Shown here piece by piece: positions 18,995-36,081 of a stretch of DNA of 64,000 bases. This DNA is from the human T2T-CHM13v2.0 reference genome, Homo sapiens. The stretch lies in NCBI RefSeq assembly GCF_009914755.1, contig NC_060947.1. One strand, 5' to 3'. How positions within the stretch are numbered: the stretch's first letter is position 1; every line of letters begins with the position of its first letter. The position numbers were made by a program, and so were the translations under genes. The notes under the pieces are model-generated. The model did no database searches and had not been told where the DNA came from. It worked only from the letters and a program-made list of their open reading frames with translations.

Positions 18995-21760
18995 AACATT
19001 GAATGTAAATGGACTAAAGTATCCAATCAAAAGATACAGACTGGATTGACTGATGAACAAACAAGACCCATTGATCTCTTGTCTACAAGAAACATACCTC
19101 ACATTCAAAGACACACCTAGATTGATAATAAAAGATGGAAAAACAAATTCCATGCCAAATGGACACACAGAAAAGAGCAGGAGTAGCTGTACTTATATTA
19201 GTCAAAACTGATTTCAAAATAAAAATATAAGAGACAAAGAAAGTCACTATGTAATTATTAGAGGGTCAAATCAGCAAGATGACACAACAATGTTAAATAT
19301 ATATACCCTCATCACAGGAGCACTCAGGTATAGAAAACAAATATTATTAGAGCTAAAGAGAGAGATAAACTCCAATACAATAATAACTGAAGACTTCAAC
19401 ACCCCACGTCTGTCTTCTAGACAGAAAATCAACAGAGTAACATTAGACTTAATCTGCACTACTGACCAAATAGACTTAATAGATATTTACAGAACATTTC
19501 ATTCAAGAGCTGCAGAATACACATTATTTTCTTCCACACATAGATTATTCTCAAGGATAGACGATGTATTAGGTCATAAAACAAGTCTTAAAACATTCAA
19601 AAAGTTGAAGTAATAGCAAGCATCTCCTCTAACCACAATGAAATAAAACTAGGAATCAATAATAAGAGAAATATAGAAAACTATAGAAATACATGGAAAT
19701 TAAATGACAAGCTCCTGAAGCACCAGAGGGTCAACGAAGCAATTAATAAGAAAATTGAGAAACTCCTCAAAACAAGTTACAAAGAAAACACAACATACCA
19801 AAACCTATGGGATATAGCCAAATCAGTACTAAGAGGGAAGTTTATAGCTTTAAGTGCCTACATCAAAAAAGAAAAAAAAAACAAATAACCTAAAGATGAA
19901 TTTTAAAGCACAAGAAAAGCAATAGGAAATTAAACCCAAACTTAATAGAAGAAAAGAAATAATAAATATCAAAGGAGAAATAAATGAAATTAAAATGAAG
20001 AAAACAGTACGAAAGATCAATGAAACAAAAAGTTAAACAAGACTGACAAAATTTAGCCAGACTAAGAAAAAAAGAAGAGAGAAGACACATACAAAAAATC
20101 TGAAATGGACAAAGAGACACTACAACTGATACTGCAGAAATTCATTAGAATCATTAGGGCTACCATGAGCTAGTATATGCCAATCAATTGGAAAATCTGG
20201 AAGAAATGAAAAAATCCTGGTCACATACAATGTACCAAGATTGAACCATGAAAAAATAAAAACCATGAGTACACCAATAGAAGGTGATGAGATCAAAGCT
20301 GTAATAAAAAGTCTCCCAGTAAAGAAACCCCAGGACCTGATGCCTTCACTGCTGGATTCTACCGAACATTTAAAGAAGAACTAATACCAGTCCTACTGAA
20401 ACCATTCCAAAAAATGGAGGAGGAAATTTTTCCAGACTTATTGTATGAAGCCAGTATTACCCTGATGCCAAAACCAGACAAAGACACATCACAAAAGAAA
20501 ACTACAGGCGAATATCTCTGATGCATACTGATGCAGAAATCCTAAATAAAATACTAGCAAATCAAATTCAACAATACATTAGAAAAGATCACTCTTTATC
20601 ACAAAATCCAGGTTGAAGTTAGTTTTGGAAAAGCATTTGTCACATTAGATTACTGCTGTCCAAGTGTTTTTCCATATTTCTTTTATAAAGTGTTAGTGCA
20701 TATTTTTTCTAAATGGTAAGAAACCATGTGAACATGAGTGCAACAGTAAAATATTTGAGAAACATTCTTTCCATTTTCTCTGCCACGTAGGTCTTTGAAA
20801 AAAAAGCAGCTGGAGATGGTAAGAAACTGTACAAAACAACTTTCTAGGGGAAAAATGTCAAATAGGAGGCAGGACTAACTTGCGGCTCCCACTTGGACAT
20901 ACAGAACAGCATGTGGAGACCCACGTAATGAAATTTTGCTTTTAAGAACTATCACAGGAACTTACCAGGAAAACTGAGAGAATTCACAGACCCTGTGAAG
21001 GAGGTGGATTGCTGCTGCATGCTCCATGGGACAGCGGAGGAACTGTGAGTCAACTTGCTTTCCCAGCTGAGAGTCTTGTAGCCTGGGACAAGTTTTCAGT
21101 CCTGCTCACCAGCTGTCTAGAAATAAACTTGGTGCTGTTGTGGGGGCACTGTGGGAGTGAGACCAGCCTTTAGAACTGCAGGCTGCATGGGGGCTGGGTG
21201 AGGCCTGTGGCTACCAGCTTTCCCTCACTTCCCTGGTAACCTGTGTGATACAGCAGAGATACCCAAAATCCCCCTGGGAAATGTAATTCCATTGGCCTGG
21301 GAACCCCACCTCCATCCCCCACAGTAGCCACAGCAAGTCTCACCCAAAGAGAGTCTGAACTCAAACACACCTAACCCTTCCCCCACCCGATGGTCTTTTT
21401 CTACCAATCCTGGTAACTGAATACAAAGGTCATAATCTCTTGGGAGTTCTATGGCCCTGCCCATGGCCTGAGAAATGTGAATACTTATCCAAATGTGAGT
21501 CTAGGACAAGCTTGTATCCTATCCATACAACTGATGTACTCTTGAAAGTGCCACCTCCTGACTGGAAGCAACCCAACACAAAGCCAGTGCACTTAAGAAA
21601 AATACAACCAAGGACTCTCACAGAGTCCACTTCACTCTCCTGCTACCTCCACCAGAGTAGGTGCTAGTATCCACAGCTGAGAGACATGAAGACAAATCAC
21701 ATCACAGGACACTTTACACACACTCCCCAGTACCCGCGTGGAGCTTAGTAGCTCTGCTGG

Positions 21761-22540
<780 letters not shown>

Positions 22541-25445
22541 CTGGGTCACCAGCAATGTATCCAAACCAAGACAAAATCTGTGAATTGCCAGAAAAAGCAT
22601 CCAGGAGGTTGATTATTAAGCCAATCAAGGAGTCACTAGAGAAAGGTGAAGTCCAACTTAAAAAATATTTTTTTAAATGACACAGTATATGAATGTAAAA
22701 ATATTCAGTGAAATAGATAAAATGAATAAAATCAATCACAACTTCTGGAAATCGAGGACACTCATAGAGACGCAAAATGCACTGGAAAGTCTCAGCAATA
22801 GACGTGAACAAGCAGAAGACAGAACTTAAGAACTCAAAGACAAGGCTTTCCAATTAACCCAATCTGACAAAGACAAACAAATTTTAAAAAATGGACAAAG
22901 CCTCCAAAAAGTTCTGGATTATGTTAAATGACCAAACCTAAGAATATTTGGTGTTCCTGAAGAATAAAAGAAATCTAAAAGTTTGAATAACATATTGGAG
23001 GGAATAATCAAGAAAAACTTCCCCAGGAGGCTAGAGAGCTAGACATTCAAATACAAGAAGCTGAAAGAACACCTGGGATAGGCATTGCAAAGAAATCATC
23101 ACCTAGGCAAATAGTCATCAGGTTATCTAGAGTTAAGATGAAAGAAAGAATCTTAAGAGCTGTGAGGCAAAAACATCAGGTAACCTATAAAGGAAAATGT
23201 ATCTGATTAATTGAAGATTTCTCAGCAGAAACCCTACAAGCTAGAAGGGACTGGGGTCCTATCTTTAGCTTCCTGAAGCAAAACAATTATCAGCCAAGAA
23301 TTTTGTATACAGTGAAACTAAGCTTCATAGATGAAGGAAAGATACAGTCTTTTTCAGATAAACAAATGCTGAGAGAATTTGCTACTACAAATCCAGCACT
23401 ACAAGAACTGCTTAAAGGCGCTGTAAATCTTGGAACAAATCCTCAAAATACACCAAAGTAGGATCTCCTTAAAGCTAACTCTCACAGGATCTATAAAACA
23501 ATAACACAGTGAATTAAAAAAAACAAGGTATTCAGGCAACAAACAGCGTGATGAACAGAATAGTACCTCACATCTCAATAATAACATTGAATACAAAGGC
23601 CTAAATACTTCACTTAAAACATACAGAATGGCAGAATGGATAAGAACTCACCAACCAAATATCTGCTGTCTTCAAGAGACTCACCTGACACATAAGGACT
23701 CACATAAACTTAAGGTAAAGGGGTGGAAAAAGACATTCCATGCAAATAGACACCAAAAGCGAGCAGGAGTAGCTAATCTTACATCAGACAAAACAGACTT
23801 TAAAGCAACAACAGTAAAAAAAAGACAAAGAAGAACATTATATAATTATAGGAGGATTAGTCCAAGAGGAAGGTATCACAATTCTAAATTTATATGCACC
23901 TAACACTGGTGCTCCCAAATTTATTAAAAAATTACTACTATTCCTAAGAAATGAGATAGACAACACAGTAATAGTGGGGGACTTCAATACTCCACTTACA
24001 GCACTAGACAGGTAATCGAGACAGAAAGTCAACAAAGAAACAATGCACTTAAACTATACCCTAGAACAAATGTATATATGGATACTTATAGAACATTCTA
24101 CCCAACAACTACAGAATATACATTCTATTCATAACCACATGGAGCAATCTAGAAGATAGACCATATGATAAGCCACAAAACAAGTCTCAACAAATTTAAG
24201 AAATTAGAAATTATATAAAGTACCCTCTCAAAGCACAGGGGAAGAAAATTGGGAATCAACTCCAAAAGGAACTCTCAAAATCATGCAAATATATGGAAAT
24301 TAAATAATGTGCTCCAGAATGATTGTTGGATCAACAATGAAATCAAGATGGAAATTAAAACATTCTTTGAACTGAACAATAAAAAGGGACAAAACCGTTG
24401 AAACCCTCTGGGATACAGCAAAAGTGGTGCTAAGAGGAAAGCTCATAACATTAAATGCCTATATCAAAAAGTATGAAAGAGCACAAATAGACAATCTAAG
24501 ATTACACCTCAAGGAACTAGAGAAACAAAAACAAATCAAACCTAAATCCAGCAGAGGAAAAGAAATAACCAAGATCAGAACAGAACTAAATAAAACGTAA
24601 TCAACAACAACAACAAAAAATACAAAAGAAATGAAACAAAAAGCTGGTTCTTCGAAAAGATAAATAAAATGATAGCCCTTTAGTGAGATTAACCAAGAAA
24701 AGAAGAGATAAGAGCCAAATAAGTTCAATTAGAAATGAAATGGTAGATATTAAAACCAATACCACAGAAATACAAAAGATCATTCAAGGCTACTATGAAC
24801 AACTTTATGCACATAAACTGGAAAACCTAGAGGAGATGGATAAATTCCTGGAAATATAAAACCCTCCTAGATTAAGCCAGGAATAAATGGAATCTCTGAA
24901 CGCATCAAAAACAAATAGCAAGATTGAAATGGTAATTCAAAACTTACCAACAAAAAAAAGTCCAAGACCAGACAGATTCACAGCTGAATTCTATCAGATA
25001 TTCAAAGAATTGGTACCAATCCTATTTATACTATTCCAAGATAGAGAAAGAGGAAATCTTTCCTAAATCATATAATGAAGCCAGTATCACCCTAATACCA
25101 AAACCAGGAAAGGACATAACAGAAAAAGAAAACTACAGACCAATGTGCCTGATGAACATAGATGCAAAAATCCTCAACAAAATATTGGCTAACAGAATCC
25201 AACAGTATCAAAAAGATAATACACCATGATGAAGTGAGTTTCATACCAGGGATGCAGGAATGGTTCAACATCTGCAAGTCAATAAATGTGATACACCACA
25301 TAAACAGAAATATAAACAAAAAATCACATGATCATCTAAATAGATGCAGTAAAAGCATTTGACAAAATCCAGCATATCTTTATCATTAAAACCCTCAGCA
25401 AATTAGGCATAGAAGGGACATACTTTAAGGTAATAAAAGCCATCT

Positions 25446-25775
25446 GGCTGGGTGCAGTGGCTCACACCTGTAATCCCAGCACTTTGGGAGGCTGAGGCAG
25501 GTGGATAACTTGAGGTCAGGAGAAGTTCGAGTCCAGCCTGGCCAACATGGCAAAACCCCATCTGTACTAAAAATACAAAAAATGACCAGGTGTGGTGTTG
25601 CATGCCTATACTCCCAGATACTCAGGAGGCTGAGGAAGAGAATTCCCTGAACCCAGGAGGTGGAATTTGTAGTTAGCCAAGATTGCACCGCTGCACTCCA
25701 GCCTGGGCAACAGAGTAACAGAGTGAGGCTCCATCTCAAAAAAAAAAAAAAAGAAAGAAAAAGAAAAAAAATAAA
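25446..25775 (+). mobile_element. AluS inserted in L1PB ORF2
   Basis: Full dimer; TSD core aagccatct (25437-25445 / 25782-25790). Confidence 0.93.
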
Positions 25776-27517
25776 GCAAGCAAGCCATCTATGACAAACC
25801 CACAGCCAACAATATACTGAATGGGGAAATGCTGAAAGCATTCCCCTGAGAACTGGAACAAAACAAGGGTGCCCACTTTTACCACTTACATTTAACATAG
25901 TACTGGAAGTCATAGCCAGAGCAATCAGACAAGAGAAAGAAATAAAGGGCATCCAAATTGGTAATAAGGAAGTCAAACTGTTGGTCGCTGTTTGTTATGG
26001 CATAATCATATACCTGGAAAACCATGAAGACACATTCAAAAAGCTTCCAGAACTGGTGATTGAATTCAACAAAGTTTCAGGATACAAAATTAATGTACAC
26101 AAATCAGTAGCTCTGCTAACACAAACAGTGACCAAGCTAAGAATCAAATTGAGAAATCTATCCCCTTTACAATAGCTACAATAAAATAAAATACTTAGGA
26201 ATATACCTAACCAAGGAGGTGAAAGACCTCTACAAAGAAAACTACAAAACACTGCTGAAATAAATCATAGATGACACAAACAAATGGAAACACATCCCCT
26301 GCTCATAATTGGGTAGAATCAATATTGTGAAAATGACCACACTGACAAAAGCAATCTACAAATTCAATGCAATTCCCATCAAAATACCACCATCATTCTT
26401 TACAGAACTAGAGAAAAAATTCCTAAAATTCATATGGAACCAAAAAAATTTCACATACCAAAAGCAAAACTAAGCAAAAAGAACAAATATGGAGGCATTA
26501 CATTATCCAACTTCAAACTATAATATAAGGCCACAGTCACCAAAACAGCATGGTACTGGTATAAAAATATGCATCTACACCAATGGAACAGAATAGAGAA
26601 CCCAGAAATAAAGCCAAGTACTTACAGTCAACTGATCTTCGACAAAGCAAACAAAAACATAAAGTGGGGAAAGAACACTCTATTCAACAAACAGTGCTGG
26701 GATAATTGGCAAGGCACATGTAGAAGAATGAAACTGAATCCTTATCTCTCACTGTATATAAAAATCAATTCAATATGGATGAAAGAATTAAATATAAGAC
26801 GTGTAACCATAAAAATTATAAAAGATAGCATTGGAATAAATCTTTTAGACATCAGCTTAGGCAAAGATTTTATGACCAAGAACCCAAAAGCAAATGCAAC
26901 AAAAGTGAAGACAAATTGATGGAACTTAATTAAGCTAAAAAGCTTCTGCACATTCAAAGAAATAATCATTAGAGTAAACAGACAACCTACAGAGTGGGAC
27001 AAAGTCTTTGCAATCTATACATCCAACAAAGGACTAATACCCAGAAACTACAAGGAACTCAAACAAATCATCAAGAACAAAACAATCCCATCAAAAAGTG
27101 TGCTAAGGACATAAATAGACAATTATCAAAAGAAGATACACAAACGGTCAACAAACTTATGAAAAAATGTTCAGCATCACTAATGATCAGGGAACTGCAA
27201 ATCAAAGAATGGCCATAATCAAAAAATAATAGATGTTGGTGTCGATAAGGTGAAAAGGGAACACTTTTACACTGCTGAAGGGAATGTAAACTAGTACAAC
27301 CACTATGGAAAAGAGTCTGGAGATTCCTTAAAGAACGAAAAGCACAACTATCATTTTGTCTAGCAATCCCACTACTGGGAATCTACCCAGAGGAAAAGAA
27401 GTCGTTATACAAAAAAGGTACTTGCACATGCATGTTTATAGCAGCACAGTTTGCAATTGCAAAAATATGGAGCCAGCCCAAATGTCCTTCAATCATTGAG
27501 TGGATAAAGAATATGTG

Positions 27518-27518
<1 letters not shown>

Positions 27519-27560
<42 letters not shown>
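27519..27560. repeat. (CA)n microsatellite, about 21 units
   Basis: Perfect CA run within the L1PB ORF2 end. Confidence 0.97.
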
Positions 27561-27562
<2 letters not shown>

Positions 27563-28086
27563 TACACACCATGGAATACTTTTCAGCCATAAAAAGGAAC
27601 AGAGTAATGGGATTTGCGGCAACCTGGATTGAATTCAAGACCATTATTCTAAGTGAACTAATTTGGGAACGGAAAACCAAACATTGTAGGTTCGCACTCA
27701 TAAGTGGGAGCTATGCACTTTGTAGACTCAGGGGAAAGGGAGGGAGTAGGGTGAGGGATAAAAGACAACATATTGTTTACAGTGTACACTGCTTGGGTGA
27801 TGGGTGCACCAAAATCTCAGAAATCACCACTAAAGAACTTATTCATGTAACCAAACACAATGTGTTCCCCAAAAACCTATTGAAATAAAAAACATTAAAA
27901 ATAAATTATACAAAACAATCTTGTTGAACTATTTATAACCTCACATTTTCCAAAGGTATATGACTTGCATACACATTTCTATGGTACACATTAATACTGT
28001 CTGAGAAAAATATTCAATAGAACAACATTTTCAGAAATATTTCAGTTTAGTCCTTAACTAACTTTTCATTAAAATTTCCTTATATA

Positions 28087-28564
<478 letters not shown>

Positions 28565-28574
28565 CTATATAAAT

Positions 28575-31320
28575 GAATAAATATCTAGGAACACATAAAT
28601 TACTAAAACCGACTCAGGAAGCAAGAGAGAATCTTAACAGAACTATAAGAAATAAAGTAGTTGAATTGGTAATCAGAAATCCCTGAACAGTCTAAAACCA
28701 GATTGCTACTCAGGTGAATTTTATAAATTATTTAAAGAAGAATAGACATCATTTCTTCTCAAATGTTTCCAAAAATAAAAGAGGAAGAAACACTTCCTAA
28801 CATATTCTATAATATCAGCATTACCCTGATACTAAAACAAAACTTAAAAAATTCACAAGAAAACTTCAGAAAATGTCCATTATCAATACAGATGAAAAAA
28901 TCTTACACAAAATAATAAAATGATTCCAATAGCATATTGAAAGATTATACACCATGAGCAATTGGGATTTATACTGGAAATGCAAGGGTGGTTCAACATG
29001 AGAAAAGTAGTCAATATGATGTACAACATTAATAGAATGAAAGAAAAAATCATCTCTATGCAGAAAAATATATTTGACAAAATATAACATTTTTTAATAA
29101 AAACATTCAGAAAACTAGAAATAGAATCATCTTCAACATGATAAAGGGCATTCATAAAAACCTCACAGCTAACATCAAGCCTAAGAGTAAAACACTGAAA
29201 ACTTTCCACCTATGATAAAGAATGAGACAAGTATGCCTGCTTTCACAACTGCCATTCAATATTTTGCTGGGAGTTCTACCTAGATAAATCAAGCAAGAAG
29301 ACTAATAAAACACATGCAAATTGAAAAGTAATGATAAAACTATCCCCATTCCCAGATTACTCGATCTTATATATAGAAACTCCCAAATAATCCATATAAA
29401 ATCTAGTAGAGCTACAAAATAAATTCAGCAAGGTTTCAGGCTAATGATATTAACACACAAAACTCAGTGGTGTTTCTACCAAGCATGGTCTGCAAAGGAA
29501 ATTAACAAAGCAATTTCACTGAAAATAGCATGCAAAAATAGAAAGTTAATTAGGAAAAAATCATCCAAGGAGGTTGATATGGTTTGGATTTGTGTCCTCA
29601 CCAAATCTAATGTTGAATTGTAATCCCCAATATTGGAGGTACAGCTCATACTGTGGATGATTCATACTGTGGATGATTGAATCATATGTGTGGTTTCTAA
29701 TGAATGGTTTAGTGCCATCCCCTCGGCCGTATTCTCATGATAGTGAGTTCTCTCGAGATCTGGTTGTGTAAAAGTGTGTGGCACCTTCCCCTGTTCTTCT
29801 CTCTTGCTCCTGCTCTGACCATATGAAGTGTCTGCTCCCCCTTCGGCTTCCACCGTGATTGTAAGTTTCCTGAGGCCTCCCCATAAGCAAAGCAGATGCC
29901 AGCATCATGTTTCCTGTACAGACTGCAGAATCGTGAGCCAATTAGACCTCTTTTTTTTTCCCGTAAATTAGCCAGTCTTAGGTGTAATATTCAGTAATGC
30001 AAGAACAGACTAATACAGAGGTAAAATATTTGCACACTGAAAACTACAAAACATTGCTGAAAAAATTATATAACACCTAAATAAGTAGAAGGACATCTGG
30101 TGTTCATGTATTGGAAGGCATAATGTCCGTAAGATGTCAATACTATCCCAAGTGATATACACAACAAATGTGACCTCTATAAGAATTCCAATGGGCTTCT
30201 TTTCAAAAAATGGAAAACCCTATCCTTAAATTATACATATATATACATATGTTTATAATATTATATGTAATATACATATATATAACATATATGTGATATG
30301 AGATATATGATTGCAAGGGGCCTCAAATAGCCAAAATAACCTGGAAAAAGAACACAACAGAAAGGCTTACAATACCTGATTTAAAAACTTATGAAAAAGC
30401 TTGAACAATCAAAGTAATGTAGTATTAGCTTGACCCCTTCAACAAATCATTCTGTGACAAATGGACAACCAAATGCATAAAAAGGTGGTATGCTATCTCA
30501 CACCATAAACAAAATTATCTTAAAATGGATACACATGCTAAAGTAAACCATAAAATGCTTATGAGGAAACATAGGGGTAAGTCTTTATGTCTTTGAATTT
30601 GGCAATAAATTTCAAATAAGACACTAAAATTACTATCAATAAAATAAAAAACTTAGATAAATTAGATTTCATCAAACACTTAAAGTACATCAAAAACACT
30701 GTTAAGAAAGTGAAAAAATATCCAACAGAGTGCGATAAAATATTTGCTAACCAAATATGTGATAAGGATATCATATTCAGAATATATAAAAATGTATCAC
30801 AGCTCAGCAACAAAAAGACAAACACCCAATTATAAAAATTGGCAGAGAGTTTCAGTAGACATTTCTCCAAGGAGGATATACAAATGACCAGCAAGCACAT
30901 AGAAAGGTGCTCAACATTGTTAGTCATTAGGACAATGCATATCAAAACCATAGTGAAGTGTCACTTCACACTCACTGGATTAGATATATTACAAAAGAAA
31001 AAAATGTATTGACAAGAATGTGAAAAAATTAGAAATATCATACACACCCAGTGTGAATGTAAAATGGTTCACTCTATATGAAAAACAGTTAAATAGTTCT
31101 AAAAATGCTAAACATAAAGTTGTCATATGACCCCTGCAATTTGCTTGTCGAGATACAAAGTAATATAAAAAAGTCATCCAAATTACGACATGAATATGAA
31201 TATCTATAGCAGCAGTATTCACAATAGCCAAAATGTGTAAACAGTCCAATTTTCCATAAGCTGAATAACGGATAAACAAAATGTGGTATACAATAGAATA
31301 TAATTTAACTTAAAAAGGGA
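28575..31320 (+). mobile_element. Old L1M ORF2 3' half
   Basis: Continuous degenerate ORF2 sequence from RT to C-terminus, interrupted by an MST LTR. Confidence 0.85.
29575..30017 (+). mobile_element. MST (MSTA/B-like) MaLR solo LTR
   Basis: 'tgatatggtttggatttgtgtc'..'gactaataca'; TSD gaggt (29570-29574 / 30018-30022). Confidence 0.9.
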
Positions 31321-31324
31321 GTAC

Positions 31325-32781
<1,457 letters not shown>

Positions 32782-32862
32782 GTTTTATAATTTTCTCTCT
32801 CACATTTTAGTCTATTTTCCATTTTGAGGTCATTTTTGTAAATGGTGTTATATAGAGTACAA

Positions 32863-33149
32863 TTTTTTTTTCTTTGAGACGGAGTCTCACCCCGTTGCCC
32901 AAGCTGGAGTGCAGTAGTACAGTCTCGGCACACTGCAGCCTCTGCCTCCCAAGTTCAAGCGATTCTCCTGCCTCAGCCTCCTGAGTAGTTGGGACTACAG
33001 GCGTGCACCACCACACCGGGCTAATTTTTGTATTTTTAGTAGACACGAGGTTTCACCATGTTGGCCAGGCTGGTCTCCAACTCCTGACCTCAGGTGTTCC
33101 GCCTGCCTCGGCCTCCCACAGTGCTGGGATTACAGGCCTGAGCCACTGC
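32863..33149 (-). mobile_element. AluS
   Basis: Poly(T) followed by antisense Alu dimer. Confidence 0.92.
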
Positions 33150-34569
33150 CAAGGGACAAACAATTTAGTATTTTTCTTGCATGTGGATATTCATTTGTCC
33201 CAGTACTATTTGTTGAAATGAATGTTTATTTCCTTTTGAATAGCCTTGGCAAACTTGTCTAAAATAGAATAACTATGGAGTATTGATTTATGAGCTCTCC
33301 ATTGTATTCATTTGATATATATGCCTGTCCTTTGTCAGTAACTCATAATCTTGATTACTGTAGCTCTATAGCAAATTTTGAAATTGGGAAGTTAATTCTC
33401 TAATTCATTCTTTAAGACTCCTTTATATGATTTTAAATCAATTTCAAGAGCATTTCCATCTTAGTCATCTTAACTATATGATTCCAACCCATTTCTTAAA
33501 ATCTTCTTTAATTCTTTAATTTCTTTGAACACTGTCTTTTTGAAAGAGCTTTTATAGTATTGGTGTTAATTATTTTTTAAATATCTCAATAAAATCAGTA
33601 AAGTCTTCTGGGCCTGGGCATTTCTTACAAATACAAATTCAGTGTCATTACTTATTATAGGTCTATTCAGATCTTCAACTTTTTTTCTTGTAAGATCTGA
33701 GTAAGATTTAGTAAGATTTATATCTTCTTGGAATTTGTCCATTTCTCCAGATCACCTAATTTTTTTTTACTTACAAGTGTTCCTCGTATTGCCTTACACT
33801 CCCTTTCTCCTCCTTCAAGTTCCCTTGTACTGTTTGAATTTTCATTTCCTGTTTTGGCAATTTGAATCTTTTTTTTTCTCAATCTTCTTAAAAATGTGTC
33901 AATTGTATTGATCTCTTTAAAAGACCAACTTGTAGTTTTATTGATTTTCTCCCTTTTTTTTTCTCATCTGCGTATCATTTATTTCCATGATAATTATTAC
34001 TATTCCTTTTGTGGGTTTGGTTTCATTACTAGGTTATTTAAGTGGAGTATTAGTTTGATTTGTAAATACATGAATTTGCAGGTATAATTTTCTCTGTGTA
34101 CTGCTTTAGCTTCATCCTACACATTTTCATATATTGTATTTTTATTTACATTCATCTTAGAGTATGTTTTAATTTCCATTGTGATATTTTTAATTCTTTT
34201 CATTCAGGCAGGATTGTCTTGTTTAATTTGCACATATTTGTAAATTTAACAAATGTTTTATGTTACTAATTTCTAATTTTGTTATCCTCTAGTCAAGCTA
34301 TAATTTGCATAATTTCAATATCTTAAAATTTATTGACATTTCTTTTATATCATGACATATGTTCTATTCTTGAGAATGCTCCATGTGTACTTGAGAATAA
34401 TGTTGTTGTGTGCAGTGTTTATACATGTCTGTTAGGTCAAGTTGGTTCATAGTATCCTTCAAACCTTCTATTTCCTTCTTGATATACTTCCAAATTTTTC
34501 TATTCACTATTGAAAGTGGAGTATTGTAGTATCCAGCTATTATTTTTCAATTATCTATTTTCTCCTTTT

Positions 34570-35005
<436 letters not shown>

Positions 35006-35149
35006 TGAAATGTTCCTATTTATCTCTGGCAACATGTCTTAAGTTCACTTTGTGTAATGTTGATATGGACACTCTAGCTTTCTTATTGTCACTGTACCAC
35101 ACGTATTTGTAATAGACTCTCAATTGTCTCAAAACGTATGTACCCCATT

Positions 35150-35760
35150 TACATTTTATTCTTCACACTGCAGCCAAAGTGATTTTTATGATACATAAAT
35201 TAGATCATATTGCTATTTTATACAGAAACCACTAATGCACTACAATTTAACTCAGAACAAAATATAAGTTTCATATGGTGTTCTACAATGCCCTACAGAG
35301 CCTGACTCGCGCTTTTACCAGTCTTTCTGTTATTTACATGACCTCAGATATGGCCTTTTTGAATTCCCTTAAAAATGCTAATCAAGATCTTCAGGGCTAT
35401 TGTACACTCTGCATTCTCTGCCTGTAATGCTTTTCCCTAGAAATCTGCAGAGCTTGCTGCCTTACTTCATTCAGATCTTTGTTAAAATGTCACCCCATAA
35501 GAAAGGACTTAACTGTCCACCTTATTAAAATATCCTTCCAATTTCCCCACTTTCCACTGGAAATTTGTTTCCTTTTTCTAGTCTTATTTTTCTTATCTCA
35601 AATTTATAAATATATTTATTGTTTATTTTTCATCACAAAAGTTTAAACTACACGAGAGCAAGCGCATTCTCTGTTCCTTCATTATTGTATCACCCATGCC
35701 CAAATCACTAGAGGATATGGATGGTGCTCCAAAAATATTTGATGAATAAGTAAATGGATA
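35150..35760 (+). mobile_element. L2 3' region
   Basis: 'cacactgcagcca..gtgatttt', 'tctgcctg.aatgctttt', ends 'aaatatttgatgaataagtaaatgga'. Confidence 0.75.
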
Positions 35761-36008
35761 TTAGTAAATGAGTTTATGTTTACCTCTTCAGACATTGAAA
35801 AATATTAAAATAGTACATATGCTTCTTCCCCCATCTTCCTTCTTCTGTAGCTCTTCCCCACTAGTTTCCTTCTTCCTTATACAAGAATAATATACCTATG
35901 AAGTGTATATTGTGAAACTTTCTTATTGGGAGTGAATGTAGCCTTTTATTACTGTTCTTGATTATTAAAACAAGCATTTAACAATTTTTTCCATCCCAGA
36001 AAGAGAAC

Positions 36009-36039
36009 TATACATATATATGTATAAATGATATGCATA

Positions 36040-36081
<42 letters not shown>
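36009..36081. repeat. Compound (TA)/(CA) microsatellite
   Basis: Direct inspection. Confidence 0.9.

Noticed and set aside
29646-29677. 16-bp tandem duplication in the MST LTR
   Set aside because: Ordinary slippage duplication
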